31,300 nt of DNA, from positions 1 through 31,300 of the forward strand of contig CANRNO010000010.1 in the NCBI GenBank assembly GCA_947632065.1. Direction: 5' to 3'. The position numbers and the translations under genes were made by a program. This stretch comes from an uncultured Bacilli bacterium. Its GTDB lineage: Bacteria > Bacillota_I > Bacilli_A > RF39 > UBA660. The first letter of the stretch is position 1; every line of letters begins with the position of its first letter. The notes beneath the pieces were generated by a model. That model made no database searches. It was not told the origin of the DNA and saw only the letters and a program-made list of their open reading frames with translations. Positions 17,213 to 29,561 of the stretch are shown piece by piece.

Positions 17213-18625
17213 TTAATCTAAGTTATCAATCATATCTATTAGAGTTTGTAATAGTCTTTTACAAGAATCTAAATATAAAGTTTCATTTGGAGTATGAACA
17301 TCTTTAATATCGGGTCCTAAAGATATCATATCTAAATGTGGTAGTTTCTCATAAATCATTCCACATTCAACTCCAGCATGTATAGCACAAATATTAGGAT
17401 TATCATCATGATATTTTTTATATGAATTAATATATACCTCTTGTAATTTAGAATTAGGATTATACTTCCATCCTGGATATTCTCCATATTCTTCTATAGA
17501 AAATTCTAAATTATGTGCTAAGGTATTATTTTCTTTTTGATATAATTTTCTTTTATTGTCATCACTTGATCTTAATGATTCTTTTATAATACAAACATCT
17601 TTATCTATTTTTACTACTCCGATATTTCCTGATGTTTCTACAAGATCTTTTACATCTTTACTATATTCAATAACATTTTGTTTTAAATTATTTATAAGAG
17701 TTAGAATATTTTTACTTTCTTTATTACTAATTGCTTGATAATTATTATTCTCTACTTTTTTGCAAGATACTTTCATATTAGAATCTTCTTTTGTAATTTT
17801 AATATTAGATAATTTTTCTTTTACTATATCATTTACTAATTTAGTAGTTGTGAAAACTACTTTAGTACTATTTGCGATAGCGTTATCTTTGTTACCACCT
17901 ATAAAAGAAATTATTTTTATATCGTCTATATCTTTTAAAATATTTGCCACTAAAAGATTAGAATTTATTCTTCCTTTATTAATATCTACTCCTGAATGTC
18001 CTCCATAAAGATTAGAAATGGAAAGTTCATATACCTCATTATCTATAGGATATCTTTCTAATTCTTTTTTATATTCTATAGTTATTCCTCCTGCACATCC
18101 TACTATAGCAGTATTTTCTTCTTCTCCATCTAAGTTAATTAGATAACTTGCATTTATATCAGAATAATCAAAACATCTTGCACCATTCATTCCTATTTCT
18201 TCTTCTGTTGTGAATAGACATTCAATATCAGGATGTTTTATATCTTCATCATCTAAAAGTAACATTAGAAAAGCTACTCCTATTCCATCATCTGCTCCTA
18301 ATGTTGTATCTTTTGCATGTAATGTATTTGTTTTTTCAATTATTTCTATTTTATCTTTTTTAAAGTCATGATTACTATTTTCTTTTTTTTCACAAACCAT
18401 ATCAGTATGTGCTTGAAAAAGAATAGTTTTTTTATTTTCATAACCTTTACTTGCTTTCTTTTTTATTAATACATTATTAAACTTATCTTTTCTATAATAT
18501 AAATTTCTTTTATTTGCGAAAGTACATAAAAATTCTGCGATTTTTTCTTCTTCTTTTGAATTTCTAGGTATTTGAGAAATTGTTTTGAAATATTCTAATA
18601 TTTTATTATATTTTTCGTCTATCAT
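17213..18625 (-). CDS. pepD: Aminoacyl-histidine (Xaa-His) dipeptidase, M20 family
   Basis: 470 aa with HTDMV, GADDGIG, TTEEEIGMNGA and NLDGEE motifs characteristic of PepD. Confidence 0.85.
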   Translation of the reverse strand: MIDEKYNKILEYFKTISQIPRNSKEEEKIAEFLCTFANKRNLYYRKDKFNNVLIKKKASKGYENKKTILFQAHTDMVCEKKENSNHDFKKDKIEIIEKTNTLHAKDTTLGADDGIGVAFLMLLLDDEDIKHPDIECLFTTEEEIGMNGARCFDYSDINASYLINLDGEEENTAIVGCAGGITIEYKKELERYPIDNEVYELSISNLYGGHSGVDINKGRINSNLLVANILKDIDDIKIISFIGGNKDNAIANSTKVVFTTTKLVNDIVKEKLSNIKITKEDSNMKVSCKKVENNNYQAISNKESKNILTLINNLKQNVIEYSKDVKDLVETSGNIGVVKIDKDVCIIKESLRSSDDNKRKLYQKENNTLAHNLEFSIEEYGEYPGWKYNPNSKLQEVYINSYKKYHDDNPNICAIHAGVECGMIYEKLPHLDMISLGPDIKDVHTPNETLYLDSCKRLLQTLIDMIDNLD

Positions 18626-18673
18626 TTCTTTCTCCTTTTTTATTTTATAATTAAAAGGAGTTTTTATACTCCT

Positions 18674-19327
18674 TTATCCGATAAATGCATCTTTTATAAT
18701 TAATTTATTTGGCGATGTCTTAGTTTGAACACTATATTTATCTACAGTTCCTAAAACTACTACATCTGTACCAACTATATTATTGATTACATCTTCTCCT
18801 TTAGCCATTTTACATATTATTTCTAAAGTATACTTTTCGTCTTTATCTGTATATTTTATTATGGCTTCATTAGCATCTAAATCAACTTCATCTAACTTTG
18901 CAGTTATTTTTAGAAAACGTCCTTTATATTTATCATAACTTTTATCTGGATTATCTCTAAATTCTAAAGCTAAATCTATTGGCTCTACTGAAGTTGGAGA
19001 TGTTGAATATCTTAGAAACCAACTTCCCATTTGTGTATCTCTTCTTCCTTGAGTTTGATTATATTTTATAACTTTATAACCAAGTCCATAATACACTTTA
19101 GTTCCACCATCGTTATATGTAGTAAATGGTATTGCGAAATATGGTCCTTTATTATATTTTTTTACACAAATACTATCAATAGTATTTACTATTGTTACTA
19201 TAATAATTATTATAATTAATACATTTATTATTTTTAAAATTATTTTTTCATTATTTGATTGAAAAGTAATTTCATTAATTTTAGTAGTATCGTCTTGACT
19301 TTTTTTAAATAAATTCACACGCCTCAC
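18674..19327 (-). CDS. Membrane-anchored hypothetical protein
   Basis: 217 aa with one N-terminal TM helix (IINVLIIIIIIVTIV) and an extracytoplasmic beta-rich domain. No recognised motif. Confidence 0.55.
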   Translation of the reverse strand: MRRVNLFKKSQDDTTKINEITFQSNNEKIILKIINVLIIIIIIVTIVNTIDSICVKKYNKGPYFAIPFTTYNDGGTKVYYGLGYKVIKYNQTQGRRDTQMGSWFLRYSTSPTSVEPIDLALEFRDNPDKSYDKYKGRFLKITAKLDEVDLDANEAIIKYTDKDEKYTLEIICKMAKGEDVINNIVGTDVVVLGTVDKYSVQTKTSPNKLIIKDAFIG

Positions 19328-19373
19328 CTCTTACTTCTATAGTAAATAGTATACAATATTTATTTATTTTTTT

Positions 19374-21694
<2,321 letters not shown>

Positions 21695-21714
<20 letters not shown>

Positions 21715-22828
21715 CTTTTCTCCTTGATTCTTTTTGATAAAAGTATCTTTCTACTAATCTTTGCATCTTCCTTTTAGATCCATAATTAAATCCATATTGA
21801 TATGTTGAGATACTTGAAAAAGCACTTTGTAGAGATATTCTATTATGGTCATATAAATATCTTACTTCTTTGATTCTTCTTTTAACTCTTCTTCTGGTAT
21901 CACCAGCAACATTTATTATTGTTTTATTATTTATTATTCTGAATCTATATCCACAAAATGTAAATCCTTCTTTAATATTAGTAATATTTGTTTTCTTTTT
22001 ATTGACTTTTAATTTATATTTTTCTTCTAATATTTTTATTATTTCATCTCTTCTTTGTTTTAATTCATCTAAATCATCCCAAAGTATTAAGAAATCATCC
22101 ATATATCTTATAAAATATTTCATATGAAAGTCATGTACTATTTTATGATCTAATTCATTTAAGTAATATACTGCGAGAAATTGACTTGTCATATTTCCGA
22201 TTGGAAGTCCTTTATCTTTTTCATAGAGAGGAATTGCTTTTATTTCATCTAGTCTTTCATTTGATCTAGAAAGTTCTAGATTTTTTAAATTTTCTATTTG
22301 TTTATTTATATAAGGATAATTGGTACTGTTTATAACTACTTCTACCATTTTAAATTCATCTTCATCTAATTTATCTCTAATCATATCTTTTAATACTTTA
22401 TGGTCTATACTATAAAAGTATTTAGAAATATCTAATTTTAAAGCATAACAATTCTTTTTTCTTTTGAATTTTTCTAAATATTTTTTTAATAAGTCAATAG
22501 AATAATCTCTTCCCATATTTTTTCTAGTTGCGGCATTTCTCATATCTAAATATCTTTCTAGTTTAGGCATTAGTATATATCTTGCGACATAATGATTGAT
22601 AAGTTTATCTTTTATATTTAAAGACATTATAATTCTATATTTAGGATATTTTATAATAAATATATTATATTTCATAAAGTGATAGAGATTATTATTTATT
22701 ACATAACAAATTTTTGTGATATTTACTGATAAGTATCTTTCAAATCTATATATTTTTCTTTTATTTTTAGTGTTCTTTTTTATTTCATTATTAAATAAAT
22801 CTAGAATAGTTTCATAATTAACTTGCAT
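21695..22828 (-). CDS. Reverse transcriptase, diversity-generating retroelement (DGR) type
   Basis: 377 aa. RT motifs PKYRII, LDISKYFYSIDH, LPIGNMTSQFLAVYYLNELDH (22181-22201, the I/LGxxxSQ hallmark of DGR RTs) and YMDD (22094-22105). No maturase or endonuclease extension. Confidence 0.85.
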
Positions 22829-23159
22829 CGCTTTTTACCCAACCATAAATCATTTTTTGCATTTCTTCTAGTTGTCTACATCCTTTGTTAAGTTTTTTTT
22901 CACTTATGCATAATTTATGATAACTTTCTTCTAAATAAAAATCTATCATACTTATTTTTGAAAGCATTAATTTTTGATTATCTAGTTTTTCTTCTATTAA
23001 GTTAGTAATAAATATTAATTCTAATAAGTCATAACTTGTATTTATTATTCTATCTTTTAATATAAATTCTTTTCTGGGATAATTTATAATTATTTCGTTT
23101 ATAAAAACAATAAATTCTTTACATTTTGTGATTAGTTTAAATCTATCATTTTTATTCAT
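22818..23159 (-). CDS. avd: Avd-like accessory variability determinant (four-helix-bundle, 23S-rRNA-IVS protein family)
   Basis: 113 aa, predicted all-helical. FINEIIINYPRKEFILKDRIINTSYDLLELIFITN parallels the Bordetella phage bAvd ..YPIAQSIPRK.. segment. Overlaps the RT start by 11 nt. Confidence 0.7.
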   Translation of the reverse strand: MNKNDRFKLITKCKEFIVFINEIIINYPRKEFILKDRIINTSYDLLELIFITNLIEEKLDNQKLMLSKISMIDFYLEESYHKLCISEKKLNKGCRQLEEMQKMIYGWVKSDAS

Positions 23160-23529
23160 ATATTACCTCATTGATGTATTCCATTATTTTTTTTATTTTA
23201 TAACTTGGAAGACTTTTTATTTTTTCAATTAAATCTTCTTCTCTTTTTTTATCTTCACAAGATTTAATTCCTCTTTCTAGATACTTTTGATATTGATTAA
23301 CATTTTTATAATCTTTTTTTTCTACTTCTTCATCTTTTTCTATTATCACATAGCTTATCTTTTTATCCTCTAGAGTATTTTGGACTTTTCCTAAAACATT
23401 TATTGGAAATCCAACTCTTCCTTTACTTATTTTGTAATTTGCGATTGCATGAAGTACATAGGCATCTTTTTCGTATGCAGTATAGAATTTACCTTGTCTT
23501 CTAATCTTTACATGCTCTTTCATAAACAC
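23152..23529 (-). CDS. MutS domain I-like small protein (MSL-type DGR accessory)
   Basis: 125 aa. RRQGKFYTAYEKDAYVL....GRVGFPINVLGKVQNTLEDKKISYVIIEK aligns by eye with the MutS mismatch-binding domain (GDFYELF..DA...AGIP.....YL.KL...G..VAICEQ). Overlaps the avd start by 8 nt. Confidence 0.6.
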   Translation of the reverse strand: MFMKEHVKIRRQGKFYTAYEKDAYVLHAIANYKISKGRVGFPINVLGKVQNTLEDKKISYVIIEKDEEVEKKDYKNVNQYQKYLERGIKSCEDKKREEDLIEKIKSLPSYKIKKIMEYINEVIYE

Positions 23530-23584
23530 TTTCTCTCTTTCTTAGTATTTTACTACTTGATTATTTAAAATCCTTACTACGATA

Positions 23585-23651
23585 CATTAAATAAAACAAA
23601 ATAAGACTAATGATCTTTGGTGCGAATATGACCTAGATCAATAGTCTTATT
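23585..23651 (-). terminator. Long hairpin plus T-tract downstream of the surface-protein gene
   Basis: 23600-23616 pairs with 23635-23651, 17 bp with one A-A mismatch and an 18-nt relatively GC-rich loop. On the minus strand it is followed by TTGTTTTATTT. Confidence 0.55.
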
Positions 23652-23657
23652 AATAAT

Positions 23658-25583
23658 TTATTTTATATTTGTATTTGTAGTCATAATTGTTGATAAGTTA
23701 CCATTCTCACTTTTATCTTTTACTCCATTATCTTTTATTTTTAATGAAAGTCTTCCTTTAACTGAGAATCCTTTTATAGAGAAAATGTATTCTTTTCCAT
23801 TAGTAATGTTTTTGGTAGTAATTAGTCTTTTAGCATCAGGTGTTACTTTTGCAGTATCTACTAATATTTCTAAATCATCTTCTGTTAGATTTTTACTAAT
23901 AGATTTACTTGTATCTGTACAATCTATTACTACTTCTACTTCATCATCAACACTTATATTCTGTGGTGTTATACTTTTAATGTAGCATATAGGATTAGTT
24001 GTATCGACTGCTTTGACATAATATGTAGTATCATCACTTATTTTTATTGTTCTTTTTTCTTTAGTTCCAGTTGTTTCATTTTTATCTAAGGTAAAGAATT
24101 TATCATTATATCCAGGTTGTGAATTAATAAGTGGTAGAATTATACTACAACTATCTTTATTTTGATTTATTATACAACTATCTTTTTCTTTTGCGATACT
24201 TTTTACTCCATCTGTTTTTTCGTAATTTATTACTACTTTTCTATAAGTTAGAGCATAATATGTTTTGCTTTCACTTACAGAAATGGTTGCTCCTGGTAGG
24301 TCTCCACTGACTGCTTTATCATAAGTTGACCAATAACCAGTGTATCCATCTTCTGCATCTATTGTTGGTAGAGTAATATCACAGCTATTTGCACCAACAG
24401 CTTTACTACAAGTTAATGTATCGTTACTGCCAATCGAACTCACCTTCGCACCTTTGATAAGTTTGACCGTTACTACTTCATTACTACTTACGATAACAGT
24501 TCTTGCAACACCAGCGATGTTATTATCATTATCTTCTACTACATATTTTATTAAGTATTCTCCATCTTGTTTAGTATTTACATTACCTAATGTTACAATT
24601 TTTTCAGTTAAATCATTAGAATTAGAATCTGTTGCGACTGCGCCAAGTTCTTCATATTCTTCATCTTGATTAACATAAACGATTGCTGAACCGTTTAATT
24701 TTATAGTGGGTGGTATTATACCTTTTTTATGTACGTTTACTGTTCTTACTGCGACTGCGGTATGCCCACTATCATCTGTTACCTCATACTTAATATAATA
24801 CACTCCAATTTTAGAAGTGTCAACATTTTGAACTTCTTCTAATTTTTCTCCATCATAAAATTCATATGTTTTTTTAACATTTTCTACATTAATAGTCTTA
24901 TCATCATCTTGGATACTTTCTATTCCTTCATCAATGAATTCTTCTCCTTGTTCAATGTTTATATCTTGTTTTCCTTTTAGTTTGATAATTGGTATTTGGT
25001 CTACATGTTTTTCAAAATTAAGATTATCTTGAATTGCTTCTACTACTATTTTTGATCTATATTCTTTGTTTTTACCTTCGTTCCCTACATTTTCATCTAT
25101 CCAAAGTTTAATACTATAATTTATTTTTTTACCGTCTCTTAAATTTTTATCTTGTACTAATATAAAGTTTGGTACTGATGATAAAAGGGCAGGTTTACTC
25201 CAAGTTCCATCTTCTTCTTTAATACTATATTTTATTTGACTTGCGGTTAGTCTTTTATTTGTATCTATAGTTTGATCTTCTTCTAATCTTATTAGATAGT
25301 TTGCAGAAACATCTCCTGTATTAGATATAGTAAAGTCATATGATTTACTGTTCATTCCCTCTTCGTCTATTACTGGTTTAGCATTATCAAGAGATATTGC
25401 ACTTCCTTCTGAAAAATCAATATTAAAATTTCCTACTACTACTGTTTGAACATCATTAGTTTCTTCGCTTACCGCTAAAAGACCATAACTTGTAGCAAGA
25501 AATGTTATAGTAATTATTGAAATAAGACCTAAAAGAAGAAATGTGTTTTTAATATTTCCTATTTGTTCATTTCTTTTTTCCAT
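23658..25583 (-). CDS. Large secreted or anchored surface protein with Ig-like (DUF5011-type) and Listeria/Bacteroides-type repeats
   Basis: N-terminal anchor FLLLGLISIITITFLATSYGLLA. A TasA/camelysin-like N-terminal module (tentative). Two DUF5011-like repeats (..IKL.G....V..G..Y.E.G..A.D......YYIKY.V.D..G....A.RTV.V). Two GY.G.W../GY..KFF repeats. Start preferred at MEKRNE (AAGAGGG SD); the track start is 25604. Confidence 0.7.
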   Translation of the reverse strand: MEKRNEQIGNIKNTFLLLGLISIITITFLATSYGLLAVSEETNDVQTVVVGNFNIDFSEGSAISLDNAKPVIDEEGMNSKSYDFTISNTGDVSANYLIRLEEDQTIDTNKRLTASQIKYSIKEEDGTWSKPALLSSVPNFILVQDKNLRDGKKINYSIKLWIDENVGNEGKNKEYRSKIVVEAIQDNLNFEKHVDQIPIIKLKGKQDINIEQGEEFIDEGIESIQDDDKTINVENVKKTYEFYDGEKLEEVQNVDTSKIGVYYIKYEVTDDSGHTAVAVRTVNVHKKGIIPPTIKLNGSAIVYVNQDEEYEELGAVATDSNSNDLTEKIVTLGNVNTKQDGEYLIKYVVEDNDNNIAGVARTVIVSSNEVVTVKLIKGAKVSSIGSNDTLTCSKAVGANSCDITLPTIDAEDGYTGYWSTYDKAVSGDLPGATISVSESKTYYALTYRKVVINYEKTDGVKSIAKEKDSCIINQNKDSCSIILPLINSQPGYNDKFFTLDKNETTGTKEKRTIKISDDTTYYVKAVDTTNPICYIKSITPQNISVDDEVEVVIDCTDTSKSISKNLTEDDLEILVDTAKVTPDAKRLITTKNITNGKEYIFSIKGFSVKGRLSLKIKDNGVKDKSENGNLSTIMTTNTNIK

Positions 25584-25644
25584 TTTAATACCCTCTTTTA
25601 TCATTACTAACTTTGGTAAAATTATCCAATTATATTCTATTTTT

Positions 25645-25673
25645 ATTTTATAAAACTTTGACTAAAAGGTCAA
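25645..25673 (-). promoter_or_regulatory. sigma-A promoter TTGACC-17-TAAAAT for the surface-protein gene
   Basis: Minus strand has TTGACC (25673-25668), a 17-nt spacer, then TAAAAT (25650-25645). The -35 lies within the palindrome TTGAC-N6-GTCAA (25658-25673). Confidence 0.55.
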
Positions 25674-25713
25674 TATTTTTATAGAATTTTAGGAAAATTT
25701 GTCATAAAGTGTC

Positions 25714-25744
25714 AAAAAAAGATATCAAATTTTATTTTGATATC
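25714..25744 (-). terminator. Rho-independent terminator of the BI-1 family gene
   Basis: gatatcaaa / tttgatatc, a 9-bp stem (25721-25744), followed by T7 on the minus strand (25714-25720). Confidence 0.75.
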
Positions 25745-26385
25745 TAATCATTACTATCTCCAATTAGTTGTAGTAAATCAATAAATATATTTATGAAATC
25801 TAAATATAGTTGAAAAGCACAATAAACGGCTGCTTTATCTTCACCTACGTAATCTGCAATTTTTTCTATTGAATTCATATCATAGGCTATATATCCTAAG
25901 AATATTATAATTGAGATTACATTTATAGTAGCAGCAAACATACTATTTTGAACAAATATTCCTATTATTCCAGCAACTATTATTCCAATTAGTCCCATAA
26001 ATAAGAAAGTACTCATTCTGCTTAAATCTCTTTTTGTATATTTTCCATATAATCCAAATATTAAGAATAATATTGAAGTTATAGCAAACACACTTATAAT
26101 TGATGTTAATTTATAAGCTAAGAATAGTAAGGAAAATGTAAGTCCTGTTATAAATGAATATGCTAAGTAGCAGATGAGTGCTGTTGTATAATTCATTTTT
26201 TTAATTCTAAATCCTAAGAACATTGCAATTCCTAATTCTGCGATTACTACTATCCAGTACATTCCACTGCTGATAATATTTTCTACCATTACTTCATTCA
26301 TTGATAGAAAAAATCCTGTTCCAAAAGTAACTGCAAGGCCTACAAAAAGCCATAAGAATACTTTTGAATAAATTTCATTTCTCAT
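25744..26385 (-). CDS. Bax inhibitor-1/YccA family membrane protein
   Basis: 213 aa with about seven TM helices. The C-terminal ..YCAFQLYLDFINIFIDLLQL.. pattern is typical of the BI-1/YccA family. Confidence 0.75.
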   Translation of the reverse strand: MRNEIYSKVFLWLFVGLAVTFGTGFFLSMNEVMVENIISSGMYWIVVIAELGIAMFLGFRIKKMNYTTALICYLAYSFITGLTFSLLFLAYKLTSIISVFAITSILFLIFGLYGKYTKRDLSRMSTFLFMGLIGIIVAGIIGIFVQNSMFAATINVISIIIFLGYIAYDMNSIEKIADYVGEDKAAVYCAFQLYLDFINIFIDLLQLIGDSND

Positions 26386-26403
26386 ATTTTTTATATCTCC
26401 TTT

Positions 26404-27384
26404 TTATATCTTTTTATTATAAAGTTTTGAGTTGTTTTTTTTTATATCACTGTATAAGTCTTTTTGATATACTCCTGCTTCTACTAAATATTCAATAGAT
26501 TTTTTAAAAGGTGCTAAATCTTTTCTATTAGTAATTCCATACCATTTAGAAGTTGTTGGAACATTTTTAACTCTTATTTCATTATTGTTCATCATTATAT
26601 CTATTGTGTTTGGAAGTAGTGATTCTGTATCAGGAATATTTAAGTTTTCTTCACAAAATTCCATTGGCATTTGTTTTCTAATTGTTTCAAACATTCTAGT
26701 ATCTGCAGTATTTAAAAGCATTGATGCATATGTATTTGGTCCAGCAATAAAACTTTCTGATCCATCTAATGGATTACATGTTATTATTCCTGTTTTTTCA
26801 TCTTTTACGATTTCACTTTCAATCATTCTGTTTAAGTATTCACCATCTAAATCGCAAACACCTCTTTTTACTGTACCAGAATCTGATAATGTTTCATTTA
26901 ACTTATATCCAATTATAGCATAATCATCACTATTTCTCATATGATCAGCTGCTTTTTGTAGAGCATCAGATCCATAGAAATCATCTGCTGAACAAATTGC
27001 AAATTTACCATTAATTAGATGTCTTGCACACCATAGAGCATGAGCAGTACCTAGTGGTTTAGTTCTTCCTTCTGGTATTTTTACTCCTTCTGGTACATCT
27101 TCCATATTTTGATATGCATATTCTACTTTGATATATGGTTCAACTCTTGCACCAATTGTTTCATGAAAAACTTCTTTAATATCTTCTCTAATGATAAATA
27201 CTACTTTATCAAATCCAGCTTTTATAGCATCATGTATTGTATAGTCTATGATAAATTCTCCATTAGGTCCGACTGGTTCGATTTGTTTTAGACTCTTTCT
27301 TTTAGCTCCTTTATTGAACCTACTTGCCATTCCTGCTGCTAAAATTACTAAAGTAAGTTCTTCTTCATTTCTTTCTTTTGTCAT
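26404..27384 (-). CDS. Sugar-phosphate nucleotidyltransferase family protein
   Basis: N-terminal LVILAAGMASRF plus PLGTAHAL are NTP_transferase fold signatures. Substrate unknown. Confidence 0.7.
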   Translation of the reverse strand: MTKERNEEELTLVILAAGMASRFNKGAKRKSLKQIEPVGPNGEFIIDYTIHDAIKAGFDKVVFIIREDIKEVFHETIGARVEPYIKVEYAYQNMEDVPEGVKIPEGRTKPLGTAHALWCARHLINGKFAICSADDFYGSDALQKAADHMRNSDDYAIIGYKLNETLSDSGTVKRGVCDLDGEYLNRMIESEIVKDEKTGIITCNPLDGSESFIAGPNTYASMLLNTADTRMFETIRKQMPMEFCEENLNIPDTESLLPNTIDIMMNNNEIRVKNVPTTSKWYGITNRKDLAPFKKSIEYLVEAGVYQKDLYSDIKKNNSKLYNKKI

Positions 27385-27394
27385 TTTAAACCTC

Positions 27395-29491
27395 CTATAT
27401 TTTTGACAATTTCTTGTGGTTTTTCATTAATTTTTTAACACCATAAGGATGCTTAAATGCAACACTTACTAAGGTGTTAGTGACCTCTACTACTTTTCCT
27501 TGTCCAAAGGTCTCATGGAATACGAAATCTCCTACTTGATAATCAACATCTTCTTTTCTAAAGACTTCTTCATCTGAGATTTTTTCTTCCTTTTTATTTT
27601 CTTTTATATCAATATTACTTTCCAGTAATTCGCTTCGTATTTCACTTATGAATCTACTTGGTGGATTTATTTGATCTTTTCCAAATAGTGTTCTTCTTCT
27701 AGCATTTACTAGCCATAAGTTTTCTTTAGCACGTGTTATAGCAACATAGCATAATCTTCTTTCCTCTTCTAATTCTGATTGGTCCATAAGAGAATTTATA
27801 TGAGGAAATAGTCCTTCTTCTAGACCTATTACAAATACTTTAGAAAACTCTAGTCCTTTAACAGAATGTACTGTCATTAGACTTATTCTATTATCATCTT
27901 CTTTGTATTCTTCTACATCACTTACTAGGCTTATTTCAAGTAAGAATTCTTCTAGTGAAACTGAACCTTCTCTTTCTTCAAAACTTTTAGTAATTGATTT
28001 AAACTCTTCTAAGTTTTCAAGTCTTATTTCACTATCTAAACTTTTTTCTTGTTCTAGTGCTTTTTTCATTCCTGATGTTTCTAATACTTTATCAATAAGT
28101 TCTGTTAGTGTTATGGACTCTGCGACTTTTTTTAAATCTTCAATCATTTCTTTAAAAGTAAGTTCTTTTCCACTATCTATGGCATCATAAATACTCGTGT
28201 TCTTATTATCTGCTTTTTCGGTTAATTTGTCAATAGTCTTAAGTCCTATACCACGTTTTGGAACATTTAGAACTCTAAGAAGACTTACATTATCTTTAGA
28301 ATTATGAATAAGTCTTAGATATGCGATTAAGTCTTTTATTTCACGTCTACTATAGAAATAGAAACTTCCTACTACTTTATAAGGTAGATTTTCTTTTAGC
28401 ATTTCTTCTTCCATAACTCTGGATTGAGCATTTACTCTATAGAGTATCGCTATATCTTTATATTCTACTCCTTTATTTACTAATTCTTTTATTTTTCTAA
28501 TTACATATTGTGCTTCATCTCTTCCATTATATGCACGATAATATTTTATTTTATCGCCTTTACCTAAAGCAGTCCAAAGATTTTTTTCTTTTCTTTGTTT
28601 GTTGTTTTTTATAACATCGTTGGCTGCCTCTAGTATGGTTTCTGTTGAACGATAATTTTGTTCTAGGAGTATTGTTTTTGCTTCTTTGTAGTCTTTTTCA
28701 AAGTTTAAGATATTTTTATAGTTTGCTCCACGCCATGAATAAATACTTTGATCTATATCTCCTACTACACAGATATTTCTATATTTAGCACTTATCATTT
28801 TTGACATAATATATTGTGCTTCATTTGTATCTTGATATTCATCTATTAATATATATTGAAATCTCTCTTGATATTTTTCTAAAATACTTGGATGTTCTCT
28901 AAATAATTTTATTGGTAGTAATAATAAATCATCAAAGTCTACTGAATTATTCTTTTTTAGTTTTTCTTCATACCTTTTATATACATCTAATACTACCTTT
29001 TCATATTCACTAGCAACATATTTTTCGTATGAAGATGGACTCATCATTTCATTTTTACAACTACTTATTTTTGATCTAATAGCTTTAGGATTAAACATCT
29101 TTGGATCTTTGTTTATTTCTTTTAATATTTTTTTAACAACAGTTAGACTATCTTCACTGTCCATAATAACAAAGTTGTTGTCGTATCCTAAGGCTTTGAA
29201 GTTTTCTCTTAATATCTTTACTCCAAAACTATGAAATGTTGATACTTGTATATATTTAGAAACATCTCCAATTAGAGAATATAATCTATCTTTCATCTCT
29301 TTTGCAGCTTTATTAGTAAAAGTAATAGCTAAGATATTATAAGGACTAATATCACAATCTTCTACTAAATAGGCTATTTTTGTAGTTAGAACTCTTGTCT
29401 TTCCACTTCCTGCTCCTGCTAGAATAAGGATTGGTCCTTTTTGTTCTAAAACTGCTTCTTTTTGTTTATCATTTAATCCATCTAAATTCAT
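27395..29491 (-). CDS. pcrA: ATP-dependent DNA helicase PcrA (UvrD family)
   Basis: 698 aa with LNDKQKEAV, AGAGSGKT, DEYQDTN, VGDIDQSIYSWRGA, YRS and VHSVKGLEF helicase motifs. Confidence 0.93.
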   Translation of the reverse strand: MNLDGLNDKQKEAVLEQKGPILILAGAGSGKTRVLTTKIAYLVEDCDISPYNILAITFTNKAAKEMKDRLYSLIGDVSKYIQVSTFHSFGVKILRENFKALGYDNNFVIMDSEDSLTVVKKILKEINKDPKMFNPKAIRSKISSCKNEMMSPSSYEKYVASEYEKVVLDVYKRYEEKLKKNNSVDFDDLLLLPIKLFREHPSILEKYQERFQYILIDEYQDTNEAQYIMSKMISAKYRNICVVGDIDQSIYSWRGANYKNILNFEKDYKEAKTILLEQNYRSTETILEAANDVIKNNKQRKEKNLWTALGKGDKIKYYRAYNGRDEAQYVIRKIKELVNKGVEYKDIAILYRVNAQSRVMEEEMLKENLPYKVVGSFYFYSRREIKDLIAYLRLIHNSKDNVSLLRVLNVPKRGIGLKTIDKLTEKADNKNTSIYDAIDSGKELTFKEMIEDLKKVAESITLTELIDKVLETSGMKKALEQEKSLDSEIRLENLEEFKSITKSFEEREGSVSLEEFLLEISLVSDVEEYKEDDNRISLMTVHSVKGLEFSKVFVIGLEEGLFPHINSLMDQSELEEERRLCYVAITRAKENLWLVNARRRTLFGKDQINPPSRFISEIRSELLESNIDIKENKKEEKISDEEVFRKEDVDYQVGDFVFHETFGQGKVVEVTNTLVSVAFKHPYGVKKLMKNHKKLSKI

Positions 29492-29561
29492 ATTTTGTCT
29501 ACCTACTTCCTAAAATAATTATATCTTATATCGTAAGTTTTGAAAAGATGAATTATTTTAT

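Noticed and set aside
23545-23590. Similarity between the MSL-upstream spacer (ttactacttgatta...ttactacgataca) and 24465-24505 inside the surface-protein gene (ttactacttcatta.tacttacgataaca), considered as a TR/VR pair.
   Set aside because: The alignment needs a roughly 9-nt indel. The differences are not confined to adenines, and the sequence is low-complexity tactac repeats.
23617-23634. The 8-mer TTCGCACC in the hairpin loop (minus sense) also occurs at about 24447-24470. It is followed by AAA in one copy and TTT in the other, which looked like A-directed variation.
   Set aside because: The match is to the antisense strand of the target gene. Flanking identity is only about 50%, and several mismatches are at non-A template positions. 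This is compatible with chance.
25658-25673. Palindrome TTGAC-N6-GTCAA over the -35 of the surface-protein promoter, as a regulator binding site.
   Set aside because: The arms are only 5 bp, the sequence occurs once, and half of it is simply the -35 hexamer. That is insufficient to call an operator.
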